63,902 nt of DNA, filler included, from Bradymonadales bacterium (GCA_007693605.1; 4 parts of 4 records of this genome joined end to end with filler, not necessarily neighbours in it); one strand, 5' to 3'; positions 47,433-58,309 are shown, counted from the first letter of the whole stretch. Notes: generated from the sequence alone by a model not told the origin. A program made the numbers and translations.

Positions 47433-47559
47433 AATGTTTCGAATCATACTCAAAATTGAAATACGACCACCTCTCATTTGGTTGTCGGTGACCTTGAACT
47501 TCATCGCAATCGCATTAAGGTCTGTCTGATGGGGGGAGGGGTATAGCGACAAGTCGTAT

Positions 47560-48243
47560 TCACTTTCTTGGTCTGCCGATTGATTTTTTTTTGAAGGGAC
47601 CCAAATTTTCTATGAATTCCTCACTTTCGGCTACAAACTCTCCTATGTCAGCTAAGCGTTTTACAATCTCCTTCCGATCAATGCGTCGCAAAGAGTTCTT
47701 TCCATTCTGATCGCCGGTGTGAGCGATTTCATGTCGGCGTTCGACGATTCTTTCTATCGACGCTACTACTCTCTTTTTTCCCAATTTGGACTGAACAGAT
47801 GATGATAGGCTGGCGATCCCATAGGCGGCAAATAGCTCGTCAATTCTCTGGAAGGCGGTTGTGGTTCTCTTTTCTAGGTAGTTTTGAACGATTGAGTGCA
47901 GATGGCGTGCTTTGCGAATTTTTGATCGATCCAAGTAAATTTGGAGGGCTACCTTTGTCGAAAGACCTGCTTTTTCCAAAAGGTTGACGAGGTTGTCATT
48001 CAGTTTGTTGTGCTTTAGGTATTGAGTTAGTTTTTGGAGAAACTTATCAGTAAAGTACGTGTCTAATGCGGCCACACCGATTATCACGGCAGCTCTCAAT
48101 AAGTCATCTCTCAGATTTTTAACTTCACTGGACACTGGATCGCCAGGCTGAGAAGGTCTTTTAGCAAGAATTTCATGAAAATGAACCAGCGTCTCAGCTC
48201 TTTTCATGGTTCCTTTGAATCGAATTAGTGGGCGGCTGCTCAA
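47560..48243 (-). CDS. HEPN-domain protein (RiboL-PSP-HEPN-like)
   Basis: DLLRAAVIIGVAALDTYF and RRHEIAH (Rx4H). Confidence 0.8.
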   Translation of the reverse strand: MSSRPLIRFKGTMKRAETLVHFHEILAKRPSQPGDPVSSEVKNLRDDLLRAAVIIGVAALDTYFTDKFLQKLTQYLKHNKLNDNLVNLLEKAGLSTKVALQIYLDRSKIRKARHLHSIVQNYLEKRTTTAFQRIDELFAAYGIASLSSSVQSKLGKKRVVASIERIVERRHEIAHTGDQNGKNSLRRIDRKEIVKRLADIGEFVAESEEFIENLGPFKKKSIGRPRK

Positions 48244-48633
48244 TATAATCCCCTTCCAAAAGTAAGTTGATTGTTTGTGAGAGTGAATAAATTGGCTTTG
48301 AAGTCTCGCGATAAGGTAAGAAGGTCCGGACTGCAGGTCTCATAATCTTGCCCCCAGGCATTCTGATATTGTAGCGCGACAAAGAGGATTGCGTAGGGTG
48401 TCGACAAAATGACAGGGCACTAAAAAGCTGCCTGGAGCCCTGTAAAGGATTCAAGCATTTGAGGGAAGCGACTAATATCAGCCCCTTGGCCCCCTGAAGA
48501 CCTTGTCCTCACACCCAGCGGCTGCGTTTCAACCTACTAGCTGCCGATAGCCAGGATCGATACAATGAGGTGTGGCATGTTGCTACCCATCTCAAGCGCC
48601 ATTCAGCCTTGGTCCTTTGATTGAATGCGGGCT

Positions 48634-50079
48634 CTAGTTTCGAATTTTTATCAGCATTGGTCCAGTGCGAGCGACGCACACTCCGTTCTTATAAACAAAT
48701 CCTTCAATTCGATGGGTTCCAAAGTAACGAGTGGTTTCTTTATGATAGTTCTTTTCCTCGGTTTCAATGAAGCCGCCTCGCAAATCATTAGCACTGCGAG
48801 CTTCTTCTCCAGTGTTGGTCACTCTCCACTTAAAAGTTTTGGGTGGCGGTGTATTGGTTTCGATTTCAAAAAGCAGCGAGTGATTTTTTGGAAGGGGTCG
48901 CTTGGTAACTGTCCAAAGTCTTTTCGTGCCCATGCAAACTGTTCCCTTAAGTTTTGCCGAATATAGAATGCTTTCCGGTGTACCTATTGGCTGTTCGTGT
49001 CCGATGTCACCTAATTCTGGAATTGACGCGAGACTTTTATTCGATTTTGTAAGCAGGTCTGTTTGTGGAGGGAGCAATGCTTTGGCGACAACATCTGTTC
49101 CAACTAAACTTTGAATTAGAGGTTCAGACCTTCGATAGGTCGTCGTGCTGCCGATTATCATTTGAACCTGTATCTTGAGTTCTCTCATCCATTCAAAAAA
49201 TAAAGCGGCCTTTTGCGGGGTCTCATTCCATTTATCGGCAAAATTCTCATTTTCGTCCGCAGGATTTGGCACTACGAATTTTCCATTCTCTTTTTTTACG
49301 AAGCTTTCCATCCTAGACACAATTGCCTTTAGGCTTTCGATTATAGAGGTTTCATTTGAATAAGCTTTCGCTGCCAGAGTTGTTATAATAATGGATGCTG
49401 GTTTTTCATCTTCTTTATCTTTGCAAAATAAATCTCGATTCCTCTTGAGAATCTGAATTGATCGTTGAAGTGGGGTGCGTACCCTCCATTCGGGAATCGC
49501 TTCGATCTCAACGTCCTCGGCTTTGGCTAATCTGGCCCTCCTTTTATTTAATTCAGTTATCATCTGGCTTATAAACCAGGTGGAATAGTCTATTGGATTG
49601 CTGGTCTGCCATCTGAAAAGCTCACGGTCAGTGATGAGTAACCCATTTTCTTGCTTCTCAATATTGGGTATCGCAGGAAGGATATCCATATGAAATGAAT
49701 CGCTCCAGCTAAGCCTCCAGCACCGCCTCATTTCTGACAGAGCGGCTCGCAATTCCTCATTTTGTCTCAGCCTCTTGCCAACAGATTCCTTCAAGCGATT
49801 CTGTGAGATTTCATCCTTAGGAATTTCAAGGCGACAAACTAAATCAATGTCGTATTCGTTCGCATCTGTGACGGGTTGGATAACCGTGCCTAGCCGAAAC
49901 GAGCCCTGAGGATAGATTTCAGGAGAAAAGCTCTTTAGTTCTGAATCGTCGGCACCAAGCCACTCCCCAACTTGCTCGTATCGTAATATTGCTTCTTCGT
50001 ATAAGTGATCAGGGATGTCTAGAGTTTGGCATACTCGAGTTAATAGACCCTCAATTTTATCTATTTCTGATGTCATCAT
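48634..50079 (-). CDS. CBASS cGAS/DncV-like nucleotidyltransferase with a C-terminal AGS-C domain
   Basis: YPQGSFRLGT...EYDIDLV, FHMDILPA, SNP, PASIIITTLAA, ENFADKW; KWRVTNTGEEA...LRGGF...ETTRYFGTH. Confidence 0.9.
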   Translation of the reverse strand: MMTSEIDKIEGLLTRVCQTLDIPDHLYEEAILRYEQVGEWLGADDSELKSFSPEIYPQGSFRLGTVIQPVTDANEYDIDLVCRLEIPKDEISQNRLKESVGKRLRQNEELRAALSEMRRCWRLSWSDSFHMDILPAIPNIEKQENGLLITDRELFRWQTSNPIDYSTWFISQMITELNKRRARLAKAEDVEIEAIPEWRVRTPLQRSIQILKRNRDLFCKDKEDEKPASIIITTLAAKAYSNETSIIESLKAIVSRMESFVKKENGKFVVPNPADENENFADKWNETPQKAALFFEWMRELKIQVQMIIGSTTTYRRSEPLIQSLVGTDVVAKALLPPQTDLLTKSNKSLASIPELGDIGHEQPIGTPESILYSAKLKGTVCMGTKRLWTVTKRPLPKNHSLLFEIETNTPPPKTFKWRVTNTGEEARSANDLRGGFIETEEKNYHKETTRYFGTHRIEGFVYKNGVCVARTGPMLIKIRN

Positions 50080-51062
50080 TCCCTCGACGTGTCGATGTGC
50101 TTGTAGATCGGACAGAATTTTTGAGAAAGGTGCTTTGAAAAGTTCTCCTCGAAGATTGGGGCGAACTTGCGGCTGAAGTGAGAAGCCTTTGCAATCAAAT
50201 CGTCGGCTTTGGTAATACTATCGAGGTCAAATTCCCCGCAAGCTACAAGAGGATTTAATCTTTGAACATTATTAGAGCCCAACAAAAAGGAGGCTTGGTT
50301 AAGAGCGCCTAGGCTCTGTCCTCTCATTAACACATCAACAGCTGCCCCGCTCAAGCCCCATGGCAGTAGACCTCCTCGGTCTAACCACCACTTTCGCTTT
50401 GGCATCACTTCAGAGGTGCCTATGCTGCACACCGATATTTTCTCTAGAGGAACATTTAAGGTATTGAATGCTTCAACGACCGAAACCAATATCGGATTGT
50501 TTGCCCAGACTCCACCATCCACCATTCGAATGTGATCGATTTCTCGACACACCCGGAAGTATGTTGGTGCCGAACTTGTCGCTAATGCTATCTTCCAAGC
50601 GGGGACTTTATAATCTCTCTTCAATCTCTCGTGATGTGCCGTCCGAAAAATATAGACGTCATCTTCAGCGAGCGAAAAAGCCGGGATCAAAAGGCGTTTG
50701 CCGCTTTGACCTAATACCGCATCGCCAAACCTTCTCTGTAGTGCATCTTTTAAGGCAGATTGTGAATGCTTTGGAATAAAGGGATGCTTGAATTTTCGAA
50801 AACATGAGAAACGACCACCAAAAATCTTTGGACCTTCATCGACATAGAACTCCACGATTTCCCTCGGACGCAGCCCAAGGCCGAGTCCAAGCGCAATAAT
50901 CCCTCCAGTTGAGGTGCCTGCGATCAGATCGAAGCAGTCGACAACTTTCATGTTTAAATCATCTTCCAGAGCTGCCAGCACGGCTGCTGAGAATAGGCCC
51001 TTTATTCCGCCGCCATCGAGAGATAGTATCTGAAACCTCTCCTGATTGAGTTTATCCTCCAC
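50076..51062 (-). CDS. CBASS patatin-like phospholipase effector (CapV-type)
   Basis: LDGGGIKG, GTSTG, SSAPTYF, DGGVWANNP; overlaps the CD-NTase start. Confidence 0.9.
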   Translation of the reverse strand: MEDKLNQERFQILSLDGGGIKGLFSAAVLAALEDDLNMKVVDCFDLIAGTSTGGIIALGLGLGLRPREIVEFYVDEGPKIFGGRFSCFRKFKHPFIPKHSQSALKDALQRRFGDAVLGQSGKRLLIPAFSLAEDDVYIFRTAHHERLKRDYKVPAWKIALATSSAPTYFRVCREIDHIRMVDGGVWANNPILVSVVEAFNTLNVPLEKISVCSIGTSEVMPKRKWWLDRGGLLPWGLSGAAVDVLMRGQSLGALNQASFLLGSNNVQRLNPLVACGEFDLDSITKADDLIAKASHFSRKFAPIFEENFSKHLSQKFCPIYKHIDTSRE

Positions 51063-51467
51063 ATGATTGATTTATCGGTCGGCAAAGGTCGTGTCTAGGG
51101 TGTGTGGGGTCATTTAAAAAGCTTGAGAGGAGAACTATTGGAAGGCTCCCAGTTCAATAGAGATGGGTGAGCCCAGGAAACACCCAGCACCGTCAGAGAA
51201 GGCTGGTGTGAACGATCGACGACTACCCTGAACCTGCCTTTGATCTGCCAGCTTCGAGACCCGATGTGCTACACGAAATCTAACTCCTCCGAAGTGACTG
51301 ATGTGTTAGAATCCCAATGCCTTAGTTAGAAATGGCTTCTATTAAGCGTTTGCGAGCCCTCATAGGTCGTCGGGTCGAGTACATGTGTTGTCAGTGGCGG
51401 GAAGGACCCCTGTCTCTGGCGGGTCTTTTGTTTCTGCGGGCCTTCGACGGTCAACGAGCTTCAAAGA

Positions 51468-54400
51468 TCACCTACGGTTGGACCTGCGCTTGGTTAGTAG
51501 TTGAAAGGCTTCTTTGCAGCTAAGGCTTCTCAGAGAGCTGGGCTTGATTCGATTGAGATCGTGTACGGTTTCGAAAGCATGGGTGGGATAGCGGGTCGAT
51601 AGTTCATTGGCCGCACCCTCGGGGCCCTTCATTAGTCGAAAAGGAACCGACGTTTTTGCTGCAAGCTCAATAGAGTCCCTCAAAATGGCCCCGCCTCCAA
51701 TGAATATGACTTCACCGTTGTGCGGGATCAGAATGTCTTCAAATAGGCTTCTCGAAATTCCAAACCAGTTAATGCCTGTCAAGACGACCCTTGAAACGTG
51801 GGGGCTTAACTCAGCGGCTTGTGTGTTTTCTGTAATAGTCGACACAATTTCAAATCCAAGTTCATTTGCAATTCTGTGTACGTGCTCTTCCACGCCAAAG
51901 TCAGTACCTCCAGTTACGATCACATGCTGACGAGGGGCGAGCTCTGATAAATACTCTCTGATAAAGTTTATAACATTTTCTTGCGCTGCCTCGGAAATCA
52001 AAGGCCACGCTTTTTTGGAGGCTCCCATGATTGAAACGGGAACTTTACCTTGAAAAGCCTCTCCGATGTCATGAATCTCCAAAAATTGGGGAGGTTGTTT
52101 TTCGAGCTCTTCGTTAAAGTGGGCTTGAATTTGACCTCTAAGCCGCTTGCGGCCTTCCCGAATATCCTTACGAAGTGGTTCTGCGAGCTCTTCAGCATCG
52201 AGAGGGTCAAGGTCAGCAGAGTACAAAATGTGTGGAGAGCCTGTCGAGATATTTTGTGAGCCTACAACAAGGTGAAAGTGCTTTGCGGTATTTGTTTCGT
52301 AGGAATCATTCTTTCCATCTCGGATGAACTCTGAGGCTGTTTGCTTTTCTGCTGCATCATCCTGAACAGAATAAATGAAATCGGGGGCTACTCGGACAGC
52401 CTGCATATTGCTTGCAATCAGGACATTCTGAAATCCTAAAGCTGATGAGATCTCAAGAATCTCTGAGTGATGCGGGTCGCCCTGTCTCACGACGATCCAA
52501 AAGTTGGTGGATCGAATAGATGAAAGAAACTCTTCTAAGAAGCGTCGGTCCCTGGGTCCCATCCCTTGGCTTTCAATGAGGACAACTCTTCTTTCCCCTC
52601 GAAACTGTTGAATGGTGCCAGCAGCCTGATTTTGAGAGACGCGTGATCGATCTGGTATAGGGACCTGCTGTGCAAAAGAACTCGACGTTCTCCCACTCAC
52701 AATTGCTCGTTCGCCCTGCCCGGAAGGGGGTCGGTCGAGAGTCCGTCCGTCGTTGAGAGTAATCGAAGTGATCCCGATTTGATTCAGATACACGGGAAGG
52801 CGCTCGTGAATCGACCGTCTATAGCCGACATCGACCGTCCCAGAAGCGAGTCTCCCTTTAAAGTCATCACTAATATAGAGTGCAGAACTAAGATTTACAC
52901 TTGGAGACAAACCCGCCTGCTTGTCCGTCTCAATGGATTCCGTAATGGCTTTTAGAATGAGACCTGTTTCCTGGTCTGTCCCACTAAAGCCGCGGCTCCG
53001 TTGCGCATCAATCCAGTTAGCGGTCTGCTCGAAAGGTGAGGGAGAGAAAATGTTTGTTGAGTCCACCGCCCCTGGGACTTCAAGCAATTGGATCTCTCGC
53101 ACTTCGTTAACTGCGAGGATCTCCCCGTTGACTTCAGTGGAAACTACTCTTTGCAGCTCTCCAATCGCGCCGTTCTGGGCAAGGGTACCGCCGGCGCCGG
53201 CGAGAAAGAAGCTTCTCACTCCCGAATTGTAAGCAGCCCTGGCCAGGTCGTAGCTTAATTGACCATAGGCTGGAGCAAAGGCCAAAATGTAACCTGGCGA
53301 AGGCATTCCCTCGACTTGGACTTCAATCGCCTCGAAGCGATAGGGTCCGACTTCTTGTGGTGGTAAGACTCGGAGTTTTTCATGACCGACGTTGAGCTGT
53401 CCGCTTAAAGACGAAAGCACATTATTTTTGTCGCCAATAACAACGCCTACTACCGGTTTGCTAAGATTTGAAATTGCGATTTCCAGAAAATCTCGATTGA
53501 GATCGCGAAGTCGTTGCATATCACCGCGAATGGAAATCTTGTTTTCTACATCAACACCCGCAGCCGCCATAATCGAAACAACTTGATTCAACCGAGAGGG
53601 GCTATCTACCCCCTGGGCAACAAACAGACGGTCGTCGGCCTTCTTGAGGAGGTAGTACACGGTCCCATTACTGTCAGACAGTCGCTGTGCGGGTTCGAAG
53701 CCTTTCGAGCGATAGTAGAGATTCATATCATGTTTTGATCCTAGGAATATCTCACCCCTGCCCTGTGGGCTGAGAAGGTATGCTCGGGTGGCCAAGTCAA
53801 ATCTCAGCTCAACATAGTCGTCCAGGTTAAAGCTGAGAGAGCCTGGTCGAGGGCTGAAGTAATCAGCAGCAGCCACCTGTCGATGATGGGCGTCGTAGTA
53901 GTTCGGTTCAGCGGATACCTTTTGCTGACCAAACCAGGATGCAAAAAGAATATCCACCTCAAGAGCTTCAACTAAGGATCGGAGCTGAGCGTTGTCAGAG
54001 GCTTCTGTAGCTTCTCGAATGACAGCTCGCACCTCTTCCTGCCAAAGTGCATTCTGTTGAACATGGTCTATGGCCGACGTTCTTGAGAGGAGCTCATTTC
54101 CCAAATCGAGTAGAAGTTCATTCATTTCGCCCTCGGTCATGCCTTGTTCCGGAAGACTTGATTGAACAGCTCTCAAAACGCGAATGATCCTATAGCGCTG
54201 ACGATGTGCTTCCGCCCAGGCTTCAATGTCCACAAGATTGTCTGGGTTGCTTGGGAGGGCCAGTGACATGAGCACATTGTTCTGGTCATGCCCTTGCGAT
54301 CTCCGGAAGACAGCAGCCAAGTGTTTGCCAATCTGTGTTCCCTTTTCGATCGGGTGAACGGCTGAATCTTGAATTCGAGTTCCAGATCCAGATTCAGCAA

Positions 54401-55220
54401 CGCGATCCGCAGCTCCGGGGAGTTGTTGGTCGCCCTTCGTTTCAAAAAATCCCTCAGCGAGAATGGTGCGATCCGGGCTGCGTCGGATAAACCAGTTCAA
54501 CTCCGATTCAGCTTGGCCTCCACCGCCAATTCCAATCATGAAGTTCACCGTATTGAGAAAAAGAGGAGACTCCGCTCCCCAGTCGGCACCGATCAACACG
54601 GCTTGATCCACCTGCGCCGTTTCAAAGAGGATGCCCTTTCCGCTAGCGATCCCCTGTCGCTCAACAGCTGGATACTGAGCCGCAGCGTCGTAGGCGGCTT
54701 GCACGCCACCCAAGTTAGTGAGTCCTGATACTATGGCGACGTCGGCAAGTGAAATTCCTTCCGCCTCTAGAGATCCAAGAATAGCGCCAATCAATTGTTT
54801 TGCAGCAAGTTTGTCAAACTCTCTCGCGGAGTAGGTGGTAATTCCAATTCGAATGGGTCTTTGATGGAGCTGAATGACTGCATCTCCATGATCGCGCACG
54901 AGCTCAACCAAGTCTCGCGCAACAACGGGATTGGTTCCAGTTAACTCACGGTATCGAGTTGACCAAAAAGCAAGGGCTTCCGACGTAATCTGATAATCTG
55001 GCCAGCCTTGCGATAGGTCCTCAACGCTCAGTTGCTTTGCCTCTGCGGGCAGGTTTTTCAGAGCTAGTAGCTCAGCCTCAGTCATTTGTCTACGCTCTGC
55101 CGTCTCTTGGGCTAGAGTACTATCGAGACATAGGACCGAGAGAACGAGTAAGAGTGACCATTTGCCGATGAGTAGGCTGTCGATTTTCAAAGATGAAATT
55201 ATTGTTTTCAGCATCTTCAC
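51468..55220 (-). CDS. large secreted protein with SLOG-like, nucleoside-phosphorylase-like and SLOG-like domains
   Basis: signal peptide; IVSGLTNLG...WGAES...IGGGGQA; FLAGAGG...TDQET...YISD; IVTGGTDFGVE...FIGGG. Confidence 0.65.
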   Translation of the reverse strand: MKMLKTIISSLKIDSLLIGKWSLLLVLSVLCLDSTLAQETAERRQMTEAELLALKNLPAEAKQLSVEDLSQGWPDYQITSEALAFWSTRYRELTGTNPVVARDLVELVRDHGDAVIQLHQRPIRIGITTYSAREFDKLAAKQLIGAILGSLEAEGISLADVAIVSGLTNLGGVQAAYDAAAQYPAVERQGIASGKGILFETAQVDQAVLIGADWGAESPLFLNTVNFMIGIGGGGQAESELNWFIRRSPDRTILAEGFFETKGDQQLPGAADRVAESGSGTRIQDSAVHPIEKGTQIGKHLAAVFRRSQGHDQNNVLMSLALPSNPDNLVDIEAWAEAHRQRYRIIRVLRAVQSSLPEQGMTEGEMNELLLDLGNELLSRTSAIDHVQQNALWQEEVRAVIREATEASDNAQLRSLVEALEVDILFASWFGQQKVSAEPNYYDAHHRQVAAADYFSPRPGSLSFNLDDYVELRFDLATRAYLLSPQGRGEIFLGSKHDMNLYYRSKGFEPAQRLSDSNGTVYYLLKKADDRLFVAQGVDSPSRLNQVVSIMAAAGVDVENKISIRGDMQRLRDLNRDFLEIAISNLSKPVVGVVIGDKNNVLSSLSGQLNVGHEKLRVLPPQEVGPYRFEAIEVQVEGMPSPGYILAFAPAYGQLSYDLARAAYNSGVRSFFLAGAGGTLAQNGAIGELQRVVSTEVNGEILAVNEVREIQLLEVPGAVDSTNIFSPSPFEQTANWIDAQRSRGFSGTDQETGLILKAITESIETDKQAGLSPSVNLSSALYISDDFKGRLASGTVDVGYRRSIHERLPVYLNQIGITSITLNDGRTLDRPPSGQGERAIVSGRTSSSFAQQVPIPDRSRVSQNQAAGTIQQFRGERRVVLIESQGMGPRDRRFLEEFLSSIRSTNFWIVVRQGDPHHSEILEISSALGFQNVLIASNMQAVRVAPDFIYSVQDDAAEKQTASEFIRDGKNDSYETNTAKHFHLVVGSQNISTGSPHILYSADLDPLDAEELAEPLRKDIREGRKRLRGQIQAHFNEELEKQPPQFLEIHDIGEAFQGKVPVSIMGASKKAWPLISEAAQENVINFIREYLSELAPRQHVIVTGGTDFGVEEHVHRIANELGFEIVSTITENTQAAELSPHVSRVVLTGINWFGISRSLFEDILIPHNGEVIFIGGGAILRDSIELAAKTSVPFRLMKGPEGAANELSTRYPTHAFETVHDLNRIKPSSLRSLSCKEAFQLLTKRRSNRR

Positions 55221-55257
55221 TGAGTTAGACCTTTTCCTAAATCAATCTGGGAGAACT

Positions 55258-55272
55258 GCAAGATTCATTCCG
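55258..55272 (-). promoter_or_regulatory. putative sigma54 promoter
   Basis: CGGAATGAATCTTGC (GG-N10-GC). Confidence 0.5.
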
Positions 55273-55641
55273 GAGGATTTTAGTCGATATAGTTGAAATG
55301 TCTTAAAAGACAAGCTTGTGTAGTCAAGAACTGAGGCGTGCAATCACGAATACCCGATTCTGTCGGGCATCCGTAGAAATGATAGTAATATCATAGATTT
55401 AGATAGCCGTTTTTTTTAGGGCTCTTAGATTAAAGTGCATCGTATTATGACAGCTCTAGGCCTGATACCTTAAGCCCTTGATAATTCAGCTGATTTCCAC
55501 TGCGACATCGATGGTGCGGTGGGGTGAAGAAACTCCAGAATCGCAGAGGCGAGTGCCGTGTTGCCGCGCGAAGCGCTGGGACTTGAAGCTTAGGACTTTA
55601 GGTAGTAGTAGGGATCTGATCGAGATCATAAACCACCCACT

Positions 55642-56970
55642 ATGGAGTTGTCCTTCATGAACATAATTAAAAGAATATTTTTGACACCTCTTCCTTTAGC
55701 AGCATTTTTACTAGGCCCTTGGAGCATTGAAGCACAAACACCCGCTGAGCAATATAGAAGTTTCTTGGGCGAAGCAGCCACTGGGTCCCCACTAGAAATT
55801 GAAAACGCATCACGAGTGAAAACTTCACTTGCATCATTTTGGTTTGGCATTCAGGAGCTCGTTGGCGGCAACCCGTTCGCCATTTATGAATATACAGGTT
55901 TTTCGGGTGCTACCTACAGCGACATGGATCAATATTCATCGGACTTTCGAGAAATGGTTAGAGCGGCGGTCGCCAGAACGCAAAGAGAACTCGGTAACAA
56001 TGCTCGAACTGTGTTTGTATTAGGCGCGTCTACTGATGGCTTTGGAAAGGGCTATGAGATCCTTCAAGAGATGAGAGGGTCAGGTGAAATTTCAAATGCG
56101 ATCGTCGCTGGAATGGCCTCTAACGAGGTTGTTAAGTATCATTTAGAAGGTGCTGAGAACGGCTGGGGTGATGTCATTTCACCACATCAAGATATCGTAT
56201 TCTTGATGCAAACGTATTCAGACAGCGACGGAAATCGAAGCTGGGAACTAAAGACCTTCCCAAATGGGCCATCCGAGACAGTGAGGCTGCTCACCGTGGC
56301 GTCCGAAGAGGGTGGTGCTGCTGTTTCCAGGATGGAGGTTATCGAGGGAGGGGCCCAAGCATTTCGAGAAGCTGTGGAGTTTTTGCTAGAGGCGAGTGGG
56401 GTTTCAACAGCTGGAGTGCTTGAGCTGGTTTTAAATGTTGGCTACGAAGCCGGAAAGCCCAAAAAAGATAAAGGTTACAGAGCGGCTAGTCAGCTTGCCT
56501 TGCTTATCAACGAGGCACCCGCATTGGTTCCCAAGATTGTTTCAGTTAAGGTGGCTGTCGCCGGTCAGCCAAATCAAACGATGTCTGTAGCTCAGTTCTT
56601 TGAGACTGAGCAAGGGCAAAAACTTCTGTCAGATTATGGGAACTTCGAAACATTGGGAAGACAGGCCGCTGACGCAGTCTCAACCTCAAGCGAGGGAGAC
56701 GGTCTAGAAATTGCCAAAGCTCGTGAAAGATATTTTGAGGCGTTGGGTAGAACTAGGGCAGATGCTCTCGCAGTTGTAAATGAATCTGCCAATCGCGGAC
56801 GTGAGAGGTCTGGTGCCGCGCGGCGAATGAGAAGCAATCCTTCACACCCAGTTCAGGATTCGCCTGAAGGCTTGCTGTATCTACGTCAAGAGGTTGAAAA
56901 AGGTGAGGCCCAAATGGATCGAGCTAATATTTGTATGCGACTCTTGGGAAATGTTGGCGGTAAGAATTAG
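55642..56970 (+). CDS. secreted protein with a possible SLOG-like domain
   Basis: signal peptide; TGFSGATY, VLGASTDGFGKGY, IEGGAQA. Confidence 0.6.
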   Translation: MELSFMNIIKRIFLTPLPLAAFLLGPWSIEAQTPAEQYRSFLGEAATGSPLEIENASRVKTSLASFWFGIQELVGGNPFAIYEYTGFSGATYSDMDQYSSDFREMVRAAVARTQRELGNNARTVFVLGASTDGFGKGYEILQEMRGSGEISNAIVAGMASNEVVKYHLEGAENGWGDVISPHQDIVFLMQTYSDSDGNRSWELKTFPNGPSETVRLLTVASEEGGAAVSRMEVIEGGAQAFREAVEFLLEASGVSTAGVLELVLNVGYEAGKPKKDKGYRAASQLALLINEAPALVPKIVSVKVAVAGQPNQTMSVAQFFETEQGQKLLSDYGNFETLGRQAADAVSTSSEGDGLEIAKARERYFEALGRTRADALAVVNESANRGRERSGAARRMRSNPSHPVQDSPEGLLYLRQEVEKGEAQMDRANICMRLLGNVGGKN

Positions 56971-57112
56971 AGCAGAATAAGTTGTGCTCCGGCTTAGCCA
57001 CTCGTGAGCCTGCACTCACAATCATGAAGACATGATAAGTCTTATCCATTGTTTCACTTTTTGAAGCTAGGCATGCGACTTGCAGGGTGACCTAGTGAGG
57101 CAGAGAAGACTG

Positions 57113-58309
57113 ATGGTACAGAATCGAAATTTATGGCTTACTTCCTTCCAATTGATGGGCCTTGGATTATTTACTTTAGCTGCGACGCCGGAGAACACAG
57201 GACGTCCACAGGATTCGATCTGCAAGGGTGCTCTGTCGGGTGTATCGGAGGCTCAGGCAAATGCTAGACGAATGCATGCTGGCCAGTCCTTTTCCAGCCG
57301 TGATGGACCAGCGGGTCGATCCCCTCACTCTGTCAAAGTTGAATCTGAACCGGGATTGATGAGGAGAGAACTGTTAATTTCAGGTTCAGGAGCTCAGATT
57401 GTCTCGAGTCAGTGGCACGTCGAACGTTTTATTTCTGATGTCTTGTTTCGCTATCATCTGTCTTTTGAGATTCCAAAACGTCTTTTGCCGGGTTCCATGA
57501 CCAGCAGTAATTTATGGGAGGGTCGTCATGAGTTTCAGCATCTTCTCTCTCTCGGCCAAGTAAACAACCCCATGACAGTTAGGGTCAGTCCGGCAAAGTC
57601 AGAGGTGGAAGATATCCATTGGGTTCGGCGGGACAATGAAGTTATAAACATTTCAGAGGTCGGATTTGACGAGGGCAGATCTGAAAAAATAGACATACCA
57701 GCAAAGGTCATCGAAACAAAATACAGTTACCAAATTGCTGGACATGGTAATTCAAGCAAGAGCAGGAGAGCATTTGTTTCGAGACGTTTAGAAGAGTTGG
57801 TCAACTATGAAGTTGAGCGCGATGATCTTGAGGTCTACCAAAAAACTAGATTTGATGAAGGTGGTGGGGCTGTCGCAAAGACCCTTGTTATTAAGACGAA
57901 TGAGAAAACCCATCGAGTACGTTTGCCGGCGGGTTCGAACAGGATGGATCTCGAAGATGTTCAGAGTTATCTAAAGGCTGTAGAGGATTACCAAGGGGCT
58001 CTTGCTGTGTCTGGCTCACACACTCGCCTGCGTTATGCACTTTTCCTCCAGTTGGTCGGAAAATCTACCATCGGAAAAATAAATTTTGACGTAGAGGTCA
58101 AGGACAGTTCTGTGAGTCTAGATGGATATGTGGCCGACTCAATGAGGATTTCGGTGGAGTATGAGCCGGCATTTTCTGATCAAGTTGAACTTTTCATTCA
58201 GGATTTCTATAAAGAGATAATTGACCTTGAAAGTGGTGGAGCGCCTAGATTCTACTACTGGCGTGTTTTACCTCAAATAGAAACTGGGCGGGGTGGTCAT
58301 GGTCAGTAG
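57113..58309 (+). CDS. hypothetical secreted protein
   Basis: ATG 57113 follows sigma54-like AGGCATGCGACTTGC (57069-57083); signal peptide. Confidence 0.65.
   Translation: MVQNRNLWLTSFQLMGLGLFTLAATPENTGRPQDSICKGALSGVSEAQANARRMHAGQSFSSRDGPAGRSPHSVKVESEPGLMRRELLISGSGAQIVSSQWHVERFISDVLFRYHLSFEIPKRLLPGSMTSSNLWEGRHEFQHLLSLGQVNNPMTVRVSPAKSEVEDIHWVRRDNEVINISEVGFDEGRSEKIDIPAKVIETKYSYQIAGHGNSSKSRRAFVSRRLEELVNYEVERDDLEVYQKTRFDEGGGAVAKTLVIKTNEKTHRVRLPAGSNRMDLEDVQSYLKAVEDYQGALAVSGSHTRLRYALFLQLVGKSTIGKINFDVEVKDSSVSLDGYVADSMRISVEYEPAFSDQVELFIQDFYKEIIDLESGGAPRFYYWRVLPQIETGRGGHGQ

Noticed and set aside
51063..51467. 400-bp intergenic region with hairpins upstream of CBASS, possible ncRNA or oriT
   Set aside because: Only generic inverted repeats; no recognisable motif.
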